In this document: positions 1 to 12,249 of the stretch, in pieces
Layout of the letters: the number at the start of each line of letters is the position of its first letter
How positions within the stretch are numbered: the first letter of the stretch is position 1
NCBI GenBank assembly: GCA_030167865.1
Contig: JALAGF010003533.1
Location: forward strand, 1 to 64,000
Direction: 5' to 3'
Origin: Craspedostauros australis
Lineage: Eukaryota
Length of the DNA: 64,000 bases
Program-made: the position numbers and the translations under genes
Notes under the pieces: generated by a model
Seen by the model: the letters and a program-made list of their open reading frames with translations, nothing else
Databases searched by the model: none
What the model was told of the DNA's origin: nothing

Positions 1-449
1 GATTGAGTCACATGAAGATCCAATGCTGGCATCATTCTATGCCTTAGAAGAACACCAGTATACTTCTCGAGCAAGAGGCAATCATCAGCCGCAACTTCAA
101 CATATGGTGCCGAATTCAATGTCATGGGATCCGTGGCAGAAGAGATCATTGTGCTACAATGTGCACTCCAATTTCTGAGGGTGCAAGTCAAGTTGCCAGT
201 AATCGCATTCCGTGACAACAATGCTGCGATCTCGAACACGATGATCACAGAGAGCTTGCTACAAGAGAAGCATGCAGCGATATCATTTCGCAAAGTCTGC
301 GAATCTGTGTGAGCCGGTATGCAAGTGCCAGTATATGTTCCACCAGCACAAAGCTTTGCAGATATGCTCACAAAAGCACTGGCGAGACCAGCACTCGCCA
401 CTTTCGTCACTGCTCTGTTCGACGGGAGTCATCCTCAAGATGAAGGGGC
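1..449 (+). mobile_element. Degenerate Ty1/copia (CoDi-like) LTR retrotransposon, C-terminal RNase H fragment
   Basis: Frame +1 reads D*VT*RSNAGIILCLRRTPVYFSSKRQSSAATSTYGAEF...FRDNNAAI..ESLLQEKHAAISFRKVCESV*AG...ADMLTKAL. This matches the copia RNase H motifs SKRQ..TST.GSEF, DN, KH..I and ADxLTK. In-frame TGA stops occur at 4-6, 13-15 and 310-312. Confidence 0.9.
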
Positions 450-589
450 NNNNNNNNNNNNNNNNNNNNNNNNNNNNNNNNNNNNNNNNNNNNNNNNNNN
501 NNNNNNNNNNNNNNNNNNNNNNNNNNNNNNNNNNNNNNNNNNNNNNNNNNNNNNNNNNNNNNNNNNNNNNNNNNNNNNNNNNNNNNNNN
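450..589. other. Assembly gap (N run)
   Basis: 140 N bases directly after the retroelement fragment. Confidence 1.
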
Positions 590-3500
590 GACTGAAAAAA
601 CACCCGAAGCAAAAACGACTCTTTCGCACCGACAACAGTAAAAAGCGCAAAATATATGTCTGTCCGTCAACACAACCACCAGCAATCGCGAAGGTTCAGG
701 CAGCGACGGCTCGGATGTGTGACAAAAACATCCAGTACTAAATCTACGGGCGATGGTGATGGTTCTCGCCAAAACGAGCATGCCCGCTTGCACAACACAA
801 CTCCGCGACGTGCCGAACGAGAACAACAACAACATGGCCCAAATTGGGTGGAAATGTTGGGTGGACCCTCAACACGAAGTCTTGCTGCAACCCGTTTTTG
901 TTGAACCGGCATTGACGGAAGATTGACNGTTCTCGTCAAAAAGTCGGACCGACGGAGCATTGCTACAACACGGCGCACTGCGAGAGCCTCGGAAGGACGG
1001 ACCAACTGGCCAAAAAATGTCTCCCCCCGCGACTCGTTGGTTTGTGACTGAATGGGCTCATAATAGTTTGCACTATGCTCGTTTGTGGGGTACAAGTATG
1101 AGTACGAGTGCGAACGCATGCGCGAGTATGCGATGGAACATACAGCACGAGAGCCTCCAACTCCGTCAATCGATGACGCGGCGATGCAGCGATCCGAGCA
1201 ATGTGGGATGTTGAAACAGAACGACGATGGCCGGGCCTGAGTTCTATTGCGCTCAGAACAGCTTGGTCGTTGAATGATTGGAGTATTGGTAGAGAAACAG
1301 AGTGTATGTGGTGGGATCGCGGATGATGATTGCGGTCGGATGGAAGGAGGAACGTCCGATGTCGCCAACGCTGATGGGTTTGTACTCGTAGGTATTCGTG
1401 TTAGGTTGCACTCCAATCGCAGAAGTTGGCGCAACGAACAGGACGGGATGGGCGGACATTCTATTGTCCCGATGTCCCCGTGATGTTTGTCGGCAGTGGT
1501 GGTGATGGGAAATGGTGGCGGATGAAGGCGTCAGTTTCGAATTTCCCCAATCGGTTTGTGGACTGGTTGGTTGTTGGCTTGATTCGTTACTAAGGCCAAC
1601 GGCCCACGTGGCCACCAGCAACAGAAGTTGTCGTCACTGGTTCGTATCTGTGCGGGCGCAACAAGGCGGCAAAGGTGCCGAGTTGGCGGTCTTCCCATCC
1701 AAGAAAATTGACGTTGGCATTGGGGTGGCATGCTGAACATGTTGGAGGACGTGGGTCTTGCGGAGTCGAGAGCGATGAGCGGAACTTCCAATGATGACAT
1801 TTTCACGATCAGCACTCATCGGACGACGAGAGCATGATGGGCCAATCCGAACCACCGAGACTGCAGCACCCTCACATTTTCGCGACCATTGGGCGATGGG
1901 AACTCAATGAGATGGCACAGATCCTGGAACGAGGAAGATCGGGAACAGAATCGTTTCGAAGAGAGCACTCTCGTGGTTGTATTGAATCGGGCTGTGATGA
2001 TGGATGTGGTTGCTATTGGGGAATACACGGTGAACACATCCAACCATTGTCAAACAGATCCAAACAGAAGTAAAGTAGAGTTGAGTACGCGGCTCACTTC
2101 CCTGCTCAACTCAATTCAAATCCACCCTGTGCTTGTGCACAAGTCGCATTTGCATTTGCAGCTGCATGGTGCCATGCAGATACGAACACAAACGCAAAGT
2201 ATGGTAAGCACAACCAGAGAAGGAGAGCATGTCCCAAGACGGACAGACACAGGCAATATGCATACCAAGCCGGCGGGAAGGGCGCGGGTTGGGAACGGAG
2301 ACTCCAACCAACGAGAGCATGCTCTGCCGAAAAGGAATGGAATACGATTGCATGCTGCTGGGATGGAGTGTGGTTCTTGTACGAGTAGAGTATGTATCTC
2401 TTCTCCTCGTACCTTCTGCGGATCGAGAGGATCCTGACAAGTACGCAATTCAATTCAAGGCAATCCAGCACGAAGTAGTGGCGTACAAGGCTTCATTTGA
2501 GCGCAATGAAGGAATGACTTGGTTGTGTCGAGAGTAAATACAACAAGCAATGCGCTTGCCATTGCCATCTCCACCTCCACATGAATGGAGCGCCAGCAGC
2601 AGCAGCAGCAGTGGGAGGAATCATCCTCTCACCCCATGCTTCAACAGCACCGCCAACGGAATTGCGCATTTTGAATTGTGATGAAGGTTATGATCGGAGT
2701 CTACAAGGGAGTAACAACATGAACGATTGCCGCAGGTCCCGGATCGTCACATGCGCCAAAGGGGCATGCCAGGGTAGGCACATGCTCATTTCATGCGTTC
2801 ACACGTACCATACTCACGCGACGCATTGCGAGGTGACATGAGCAGCAGCAGCACCAGCGTGCATGGTGTGGTTGCACCCAATGACCATTCCCAAGCTCCA
2901 TTTCACCCACTTGTCGCAGTGCTGCGAGGAGCTTCGCCCGAGAGCGGAGCGAAGGAAAGTCGGCTCGTGTTGCGTGTTTTTGTCATTGAAAAATTGAGAG
3001 AGTTCGTTGGAGAGACGAACGGGAGGAACGGGCGGAGGCGGAAACACATGAAAGGAGCGGGCCAATCAGGGGAGGAAACTGGCTGCCGTACTGCGTTATC
3101 GTTGTGGATGCTGTGAGTGACGATTGCGGCAGTACCTGCAAACAGTATTCTGCACAGCGTGTGCTCTTCCGCGCCCCCTTGCCACCACAGCGACCCACAA
3201 GCGATGAAATTTGAAATTCCGGGGAATCCGCTGCCTGTCGCTCTCGGTGCCTCTCTGTCCGTATCGGCCGTTTGCTGGACATCTGAAAGCGAGAACAGCC
3301 ATGTGCGGTCAACAAACATGCCCCTGGCAACGATGAGTAGCGGGAGCGACATCGGCAATGACGATTGACAATGTTGTTGATGACGATGACAATGATGATG
3401 GTCCATGTTTTTGGTGTGATTCCTCGTTGCCTTTCCCTCTCCTCCACAGCGGTTTTCAGAGGCGGTGTTTGCACCGTACTCATGCTTGAAGGATTGCATC

Positions 3501-5225
3501 CCATCCCATCTCCCCTTGCTTCCAACGCCGAGGTAGTGACGGAAATTTCAATCATGCTGAACAAAAATCAAGCGTTCATGTGCATGCCTCCTTGATGAAT
3601 CGGCCTTGGGAAATGACAAATTGCTGGCCGTTGCACTCGCATCGTTGCGGTTGCGGTTGCGTTTGAGGTCGCCAAAGCCCCCGTCTCTGCTCGTGGAGTG
3701 CCAACATCATCCGTTCTGCGAGTTTATCCGGAGCAGAGAGCAGCTCGCACTATTCGCAGAGAGAGAGCAACGTGTTGATGTCAGCACATGGTTCGAATCT
3801 GTTCTGTCAGAGCTTCGTATCGTTTGGCTCACGAAGTGCCGCAGTTGGCCAAAGACTGCGCCGCCGCGCGCTCCGTCACCATCGTCATTCCCAGAAGTAG
3901 TTACGTGTGGGCGCTTTGTTTTCGGCCTGGCACGGTTACTTGTTTGTGTCTCTTCCTTGTCGTCCTTGCCTCCTCCTCCCAACGGGCACGATCCTTATTT
4001 TTATCTATCCAGGGGCAGCGTGGCCATGTGCTTCGTCTCGTAATCACCAAAAGTTGCCACGAAGGAGTTCCGCTGGTCGTAACAAGGGGTCTTCGTTCCC
4101 ACGAGAAACCGATGTCCGGTAGTCATGCACATGATATCCTGGCCTTTTAAATCTCCGTACTGTGTTCGCGCCGGCGGATGAAGATCGGAGTCGACGTGGA
4201 AAAATGTACACGAGTGGCTTTTCTTCAACGGTTGTGGTGACACGAACATCCATAAGACTGATTTTATGATTGGTATTTGTGAATGAGGATGTGTATGTGT
4301 CGCATTTCGCGACTCATCTGCCAGCCTCGTTTGGGGTTACTTATGATGCCAATCCACGCGAGTAAGTTTGAAATTTGGGAGGAAAAACGAGGACAGGCAC
4401 AAACAGAAAGGGCCACAAATCGAGCGCGCCGCAGCCACTGACAAACGGATGCACCATCCGATCAGCTAATCCACAAATCGAAGCGAAAAAGCAAACCAGG
4501 CTGAAGCAAAGGCAGAGCCCAACACCGTGTGTTCAGAATTTCCATCTTCCAGAACAGTTGATTGAGTGATTGACTGATCGACCGATCGATCGATTTGCAA
4601 AGCACATTACTTAGATCTGAAGTGGTAAGTGAGGGCCATGGCGCTCTTCGTACGAGGATTTGGAGGTGTCCGAACACAGCTCTTCGACGATGCTCGGAGA
4701 CGATGGTGACGGCAACAAAGATGACGACATGGATGAACGAATTGGCGAAATCCCATGCGTTTGTTGGCACTGCGCACCTGAATTTTGTGTCACTTACGAT
4801 GCGATAGTTACTCGTACGAGCAATACCCAACCGCAGCGAGGGAATATTTAGAAGCTGGAGCAGCAAGCCACTCATCAACTCACTCTGTGCTGCCTCTTTT
4901 GTGATTGTGAACATCTTCACTCGACTCCGCTCTATTCACTTGATCGTCACTTTGGTCGTCACTTTTTCCACCTCAGACCTATCAACGTTCAGCCTCATCA
5001 ACGCTCAGCCCCATCATCAGCCTCATCACCAGCCCCATCATCAGAATCAACCAAGGGAGCTCACAAAAACAATCTCCATCCATCCGACAGCCCAAGCATC
5101 CACTTTCTTTGTTCACTGATCATCGAAGCAGACATCAATCAACCTTGTCACGCTTCATCGTCATCCATACCACTAGCACAGCAACTAGCACAGCAACAAC
5201 CACAACAATACTGACAATACTGACA

Positions 5226-6836
5226 ATGCCCAACCAGAACAGAAAATTCACTGCAGCCCTCGTGGCCCTGCTGTCTGTCTCGTCATCCCTGGCAGCAGAA
5301 ACCACCTCGAGGCTTCGAGGCAGCAAAGGGAACAACGCCAAAGGCAGCAGCGACACCAACAGCAATACTGATAGCAACAGAAACCTCTATGGACTCGAAT
5401 ACGGCACCGATGGTTTGCAGGACATCTTCGCAGAACGGGACAGCCTCTACATTGCACGAAAGCCCTCTCTTCCAGGCTACAGCCCAGACTACGTCGGTCC
5501 AACTGTCCCAATCGATGATATCTACGGCGACGATGCAGGCACCGACGAGGAGGAAAAGGACAGCCTCGAAGGCGATATCCAGGCACGCATTGTGAACGGA
5601 AACGATTCTGAGCAATTCCCAGCATTCGCAGCCCACCTCAGGAACAACGGAGGATGGGCCTTCTCGGGGTGCGGTGCTGTACTCATATCGAATTGCCACG
5701 TCTTGACCGCAGCCCACTGTGTGGCGGGTGGCAGAGAAGGACAGCCCAATGGAATCTACATCAACGCTTGGCGTCCATTCGACAATCCCACAAACAGTGG
5801 CGTGACATACCACTTCAGCACGGTCAATCCTTCGAACGTCGTCGTCCACAACGACTACGATGGCAGTGGCTTCAACAGACATGATATTGCTGTTATCAAG
5901 CTCAACAATTGCGTCACAAGACTCAACAAATTCGTTCCAATGAACGTCGCCGATCCCAGCTACATCAACTCGCACTTCAAAACTGGAAGAACTGCAACAG
6001 TCCTCGGATTGGGCAATCTGGAGGAAGACGGCAGCATACCCCAGCAGCTGCAACGTGTGGACGTCCCACTGATCGACGCCGAGACCTGCAGAAGCTTCTA
6101 CCCTGGCCACATCGATGACAACGACCACGTCTGTGCGGGAAGACCTTACGAGACGGACGCCAATAAGCGAACGGACGCATGCAACGGTGACTCTGGCGGT
6201 CCGCTCATCGTCGACGCTGATGCTGCTGTACCCACCGTCGTGGGCATTGTCAGCTCCGGCGAGGGATGCAATCGCTATGGCCGCCCAGGAATCTACGCTT
6301 CTGCTCCTGACCACTACAAATTTATCCACGACACTGTCTGCGACGATCCTGTCACAGATAAATCAGTGACTCCTCTCTGCAGTGGCGGGGACGATGCCCC
6401 AGAGCCAACGTCAAAACCAACATCGGCCCCTACATCAGCACCGACATCCTCTCCAACATCAGCCCCAACCTCGGCTCCAACATCAGCACCAACATCAGCA
6501 CCAACATCAGCCCCAACATCGGCACCAACATCGGCACCAACATCAGCTCCAACCTCAAATCCAACATCGGCGCCCACGTCGAACCCAACGTCGAACCCAA
6601 CATCGGCGCCTACATCAAGGCCGACGAGTTCGCCAACTCCGGGCCGAAATGAAGATGGGGACGAAGTCAGCCATGAAACCTGTCCGATGGAAGGCGAGTC
6701 CTGCAAGGATTCCCCATGCTGTGACGGCCTCACATGCGTCCTGTCAAGGAATATCTGCAAGAACTACAGAGGATCGCGAGGCGGTCTCGCATTCGAGGCA
6801 GGCTTCGGAGGCGCAGCAGGAAGCGGAGGCAGATGA
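5226..6836 (+). CDS. Secreted trypsin-like (S1A) serine protease with PTSA mucin-like stalk and Cys-rich C-terminal module
   Basis: ATG at 5226 with signal peptide (FTAALVALLSVSSSLA). Activation site R|IVNG; catalytic motifs TAAHC, HDIAVI and GDSGGP; S1 pocket Asp in DACNGD. Intronless, 536 aa. Confidence 0.95.
   Translation: MPNQNRKFTAALVALLSVSSSLAAETTSRLRGSKGNNAKGSSDTNSNTDSNRNLYGLEYGTDGLQDIFAERDSLYIARKPSLPGYSPDYVGPTVPIDDIYGDDAGTDEEEKDSLEGDIQARIVNGNDSEQFPAFAAHLRNNGGWAFSGCGAVLISNCHVLTAAHCVAGGREGQPNGIYINAWRPFDNPTNSGVTYHFSTVNPSNVVVHNDYDGSGFNRHDIAVIKLNNCVTRLNKFVPMNVADPSYINSHFKTGRTATVLGLGNLEEDGSIPQQLQRVDVPLIDAETCRSFYPGHIDDNDHVCAGRPYETDANKRTDACNGDSGGPLIVDADAAVPTVVGIVSSGEGCNRYGRPGIYASAPDHYKFIHDTVCDDPVTDKSVTPLCSGGDDAPEPTSKPTSAPTSAPTSSPTSAPTSAPTSAPTSAPTSAPTSAPTSAPTSAPTSNPTSAPTSNPTSNPTSAPTSRPTSSPTPGRNEDGDEVSHETCPMEGESCKDSPCCDGLTCVLSRNICKNYRGSRGGLAFEAGFGGAAGSGGR
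6405..6632 (+). repeat. Coding 12-bp tandem repeat, 19 x PTS(A/N/S/K/R)
   Basis: CCAACATCRGCN-type units inside the protease CDS. Confidence 0.95.
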
Positions 6837-7624
6837 TAGCCTCGCATCCATCCACCCAACTGCGCAACCCAATTGCGATGTATTCTTCCGCACTATCGTA
6901 TCGATAGACATCATTGGTATGCTGTACATTCCACCACGATACCAATACGCAACCAAGCAACATACGAACGAACAACCTTGTACATTACAACACCCACAAG
7001 CTTGACACACAAGCACACATCGAGTGGGTGACGAAGCATGATGCACAATACAATGCAATGCTAATTTTAGTCATAATAACAAAATCTGAATCTCACATCC
7101 ACCCACTGAACTCGTACTTGCGCTTGCTCTTGTATTTGTATTTGTACATAGTGTGAAGCAGCCACAGCCCAGAACGCCAACGCAATAGAGTGCCATATCT
7201 GTCCATACATGCACGGCGATGAGGTCGTTCCACAAGTATTGTAGCCGTGGTGGACTGGTGCATGTGCTGATCGGACTCCGGCTGTTGCGAACATGTGCAA
7301 CTATCGGCCATGCGCCGTCCCTCCTTCACCTATCCAACACGATTCTCGCTCACGTCGGAGTATGCGAAGAACAGTGGGAGCAGCGTCATCTTTCACCAAA
7401 GCCACGATGGCAGACGCGCCGGGTCCAACATGGCACACTTGTTCACGCAACCACCCAAACGCAGCGACGAACAATACGAGGCTCTCACACGAAAGCGATG
7501 TGCGGGCAGGAGCTAATATTTTTGTTAGTAGCTTGTACCGCGTCGTTTCTTTCGTGGCATGTGTTGTTGCTGTCGTATGAGTGAGAGTGAGAGTGAGAGC
7601 ACAAGCAACGCAATAGTACCATTG

Positions 7625-9603
7625 CTATATGAAACGGTGAGGTGTTTTGCGGAATCCATCGCGTTGTCGCAACAGTGTCCTCGAATGCACCATGAGCTTC
7701 CGCATGGTCTCCAAATCCGCCCCAAGATGACCGTACCGCACATTGTGCATGTTCTTTAGTTGTTCCGTCCAGAACTTGACTTGGTTGGCAGTCTTTGTTG
7801 AATCTCCCGTCGATGCCGATGCTGATCGATGCATCTCGCTGGAAAGCTCGTAGCAAAGGTGGAGTATCTGTGTTGTTGGATGGCATTCGAGAGCGCAGGC
7901 AACAGTTGAGTGAGTGCGGACGAGTGCGTGTGTGAGAAACGAGACGCGACGAGACGTGACGTGACGGCTCTGATGCGATCTCAATGGTGCTTGATTGCTC
8001 ACATTCTGAATATCGTCGGGCAGGCAGGCAGGCAGGCAGACAGGTGCCGTGTTGGATGCAAGTCACAAGTACTCGCACAGTACAACGGCTTCTCCCATCG
8101 TTGCCTTCGGAACGTACCGACAAATGCATCGTGCTGGCCATATCAGACACGCAGAACGCGAAATGCAACTGCGCGACGGTCTTCAGTACCATCTCCTTGT
8201 GCTTCGCGTTGTTCGAACCGGACTGGGCAGCGAGGATGGCGTTGAAGAAGTTTAGATGGAAGTTGGCATATGACACCCGCAGGTAGCGCTTGAGTTCATT
8301 GGGAAAATGTGTGGACGCCGTGACGAGATCATCGAATGCAGGGAATGACACGAGGATGGCATGGGCAGCATCCGCGCCACCGGTATTGGCGGAGATGTCC
8401 ACCATGCTGTCGTTCCACTTGGATGCTGACTCCAGCATGCCTGTCAGCGACGAAGGAATTCGATCTGGCTTCATGTACTCGCTCTCCAATTCGCACCGGT
8501 CGCACTTGCAGATGAATTTGTGCTGCCGCTTGAGCATCTTCCGCCTCTCCTTGAATGGCTGCGTGAGGGGAATGTAGCTCCAAAGGATCTCCGACCCAGC
8601 TGGCAGATCCGAACTGGCGTGTGCCACCATCGTCTCGCCAACGAAAGTTCGCACCGCATTCGTGTTGCAAGCGTGGTTGGTCGAGGCCGCCAACGGATAC
8701 AATCCCAGCATGTGGTGTGGGATGTACGAGTCGTCGACTGTGTCCCACATCCTTTGGATCGTGCTGTACGTAATGAAGTCAGGTCCGAATGCTGAGAAAG
8801 ACGGAAGTACGTTGTTTTGGGAAGCGAGGAAAGGTGGTGTGAGTCTTTGCCCACCGATCAAGTGCGTAGAATGCCTGCCAACATGGACGATGTGAAATTG
8901 CGAGACGATGAAAGTACTGAGACGCAAGTTGCCTGCTTGTGTCTTTGCATGTTCGAAGAAGACGAAGAATCGCGCTTGCGTCGCCACCGACAACGTCGCA
9001 TCCATTATCTGAGCTGCCATTCCGATGAAGTCGCGGATTCTGCGAGTACGGATACATTGGGAGTATTCTCGCTATGTATACCAACATATGATACAAAACA
9101 ACGCTGTCCGTACCATTCCTTTCGATGATCTTGCGAAGATGATCTGGTTGTATGGCTTGCGGATCGTCACAGAATCTGGTGTCCAGCTCATCGTTGCTAC
9201 GACCAAGCAAGGTCTCGATCGACGGTGCTTGCTTGTCATGCTTGGACTTGGCCGGCATTCCCAGCAGCGACATGTAGCTGTTGATCTTTCCCAGCTCTCC
9301 ATTGCGCGCCGCCGCCATCATCCCATCGACCAGACTCTGCGTCGCGTACTCTTCGATGGATCCCTTGTTCTGGAGGTACTGATCCTTGACATTGGCTTTG
9401 TCCGCCGCGATCAACGGAGGCGTCACGAAGAGGCATTCCCCTTTCTTAATCGCCTCCTTGGTCACGAGGCCTCGACCGTGCAGTACGGAATCGCATCGCA
9501 GCACCAGCTTGGGGTTCACGTAATACTCTGTTGCCGCATCTTCCTCCGCACTCCCGTCTCCGAAGAAAACGCTCGCCAGGTTCTCTGGATCGATCTCCGG
9601 CAT
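7625..9603 (-). CDS. SET-domain lysine methyltransferase (SMYD-like); exons 9603-9114, 8791-8118, 7867-7625; 468 aa
   Basis: Motifs HGRGLV, spliced ERN|AF, GLYPLAASTNHAC, EILWSY and post-SET FICKCDRC. GT-AG introns keep the frame. Confidence 0.9.
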
Positions 9604-10197
9604 CACTTCGTTTGCCTATTCGTGGGAGTACACGTATGTGGGGTTGTGCGGAGTCGCTTCGCAGCATGTGTGTGTGTGGTCTGGCAAGGATCTGCGCCAC
9701 AGATCGTTGATGTGTCGATTTGGCCAGTGTTGGCACCACAAATGTGAAATGCAAACAAATCAGATTGTCCGTCAATGGACAATATCCGTGAATCAATTGT
9801 CCGCGTAACAAGTTTGTTCGCCCAAGAAGACCAATTTCGATCTGTGGTCCGTTGGTCTGTTGGACCGTCTGGTTGTTTGGTCTGAGGACCGTTCATTCGT
9901 TCAGGATGCGTCCGTTCGGCTCGCAAAGATCGCAAACTGCGCCAAAACACACACACACGCGAAGGACAATCCACAACACGGAACAGTGCACACACAGTCA
10001 ACTGCACTGCGCACAAACACATGAAGGAGCACGACCGAACGCCAAACACAACGAAACAAAGATCACCAAATCAGAACCGAACATTGCGCAAGTCAGAGCC
10101 AAGGGTGAAGTCAGAACCAGGAGAACAATCAAAGACGCTGCAAGAGCATACAAGTGGGACATCTACTTGATACTGTACGACTATCGAGAAACGAAGA

Positions 10198-12249
10198 ATG
10201 GTGCTGGTACGAAGGAAGAAGGGCGGCTTCACGCTGCGACGGCGAGACCAGTTCGACCGGGAAAAGCTGGGAATGGTGGCAGCGGGCTTGAGCGTTGGGT
10301 TCTTCCTGGCGATCCTCTACTCCTCCATTCAGGATGAGCGTGAGCTGCCGGCAGCGTTGATCCACAAGCGCAAGCATTCGCACGTGGGGGAGATGCTGAA
10401 CGGCGACCTGCCCGACAAGTACAATGCGATCGCGGAGGACATCAACGCGCTGCTCAGTTGCGAATCGTTGCTCAACGTGACCAAGGCGTCTGCCAACGGG
10501 AACGGGAACGATTGGAACCACAGACGCCTTGAGGGCGCGGGTGGGATCGACTTTGGCGACGATGCCACCGGTTCGGAGGCTGGCAATGGAGGTGGCATGC
10601 GCGGTGCTTGGAGCGACAACAATGCAGACAACAACGGCAACAATAACATGAACAACAACAACAACAACAACGGCAACAACCCTGATGGTGGCGGTGGCGC
10701 GGCCTTCACGGATGATTTCAACGGTTTCGGTGAGAACGGAGACAACGGCGCATACGATGACTGGATGGACATCGACGCAAGGCACGTATTCTGCGTAGCA
10801 GCCTCATCCTCGCCCTCTCCCAGGGTCATCAGCAACATGAAATGCGACGCATCAGGCTCGAGGCGTGAGCCAATCCTGGATCTCTGGAGTGCGGCGCGCG
10901 CGGAGATCGACAAGGAGAATCTCCTCACTTTCTTGGAGCTATTCCGCGAGCAGCAGGAGCAGTTCGTCCTGGACGACACGTACCATCTGTGGGCGCCTCT
11001 TGGTGACACGGGCATCCAGTACGCGATGAATGTTCTCAATGCGAGGAAGACTGCGGATGATGGTGGCATCCAAGGTCTGACGGATGTGCTGGGGCATGGC
11101 AAGCTCTTCGCGGACGTTGGCAGTTGCCATGGGCTCACCTCGATGGCCATATCCAAGCTCTACCCTGGCACCAAGATCGTCTCCATCGAGCCGGCCCAAC
11201 CCAGCTGGCTCATGCAGCAGCTCAATCTGCGCTGCAATTTGGAGCACGATGAATTCAAGAAGATCCACACGGTCCTGGGCGGCGTCGGTCACAACAACGA
11301 AGATGAAAGCAGCCTCATGGCGAAGATGATGTGGGATCCCAGGTCAACAACCACCACCCGTTCCTGGACCCCGGATTACGAAGTCAAGGAATCTCACATC
11401 GAACTCATCGTCAAGCTCCGGCAGCTCAAGGTGCTGCTCGCGGAAGCCAACATATTTGGTGAAGCGATCGACGTCCTCAACCTCACATGTGAGGGATGCG
11501 AGTACAACTTGATCCCGCAGCTATCCGAGCAGGAGTTCGAGGCCATCCCGACTGTCATTGGGATGGTCCATTGGGGGTGCGTAAATACTCATCGAGTTTG
11601 TTTGTCTGCTGTTTGTTGCTCGCTGTTTGTCTTTTGATTTGCACATCATCAGATCATCCAGGCGACATGATGGCAAGCGCAATCATGCATATCGCATCCA
11701 TCTTCATTCTTCATCTGCTCACCACTATTCGTCGCATCCCCATGGTTCTGACGATCAACGACTGCACAATATTCATCATTCGTCATCTCTAACATCGAAT
11801 CCGTTGCCTCGTCTCTTTTTCTTCTGCATGCTATTTTTATGTACATGCACCGTCTCACTCGTCCTGCACTCCATGGGAATGCATTATGGCATACTCCACT
11901 CAATTTCGCATTCGATTTCGCATTCGATTTCGCATTCAATGACCACAGATACATCCCCACAAAGAAGCTGCCATCAAGTGCAAGAGCGGAGAAGACTCAC
12001 AAACGCCTGTGCCAGCATGAGAACTTTGCCAAAATATCGAAGGAGTGCTGCGCCTTCCCCGAGCTTCCCGTGAAGTCCGTCTCACCGCAGGAGGTGCTGA
12101 AGAGAGACGGCGACGGCTTGATGCAGCCTGCGACCGTTTCGGACATCGCCGGCAACTTGTGCAACGACTTCAAGACTTGGTCAGAGGAGAAGTTCCTCTT
12201 CGACGTCAAGGACGATTGGGGTTGGTTCGAACTCACGAGCAAGGCGTAG
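10198..12249 (+). CDS. Type II membrane FkbM-like SAM-dependent methyltransferase; exons 10198-11576, 11949-12249; 559 aa
   Basis: Basic N-terminus plus TM segment (MVAAGLSVGFFLAILYSSI). SAM motif FADVGSCHG, VSIEPA, and IDVLNLTCEGCEY (FkbM D.EG.E-like). Intron GTGCGT...CACAG keeps the frame. Confidence 0.8.

Noticed and set aside
272-835. ORFs spanning the N run
   Set aside because: Artefacts of translating through the assembly gap.
6405-6632. Possible CRISPR-like array
   Set aside because: Contiguous 12-bp coding units with no spacers and no cas genes.
6314-7005. VGAD-repeat and His/Gln-rich ORFs
   Set aside because: Alternative frames and strand of the PTSA coding repeat.
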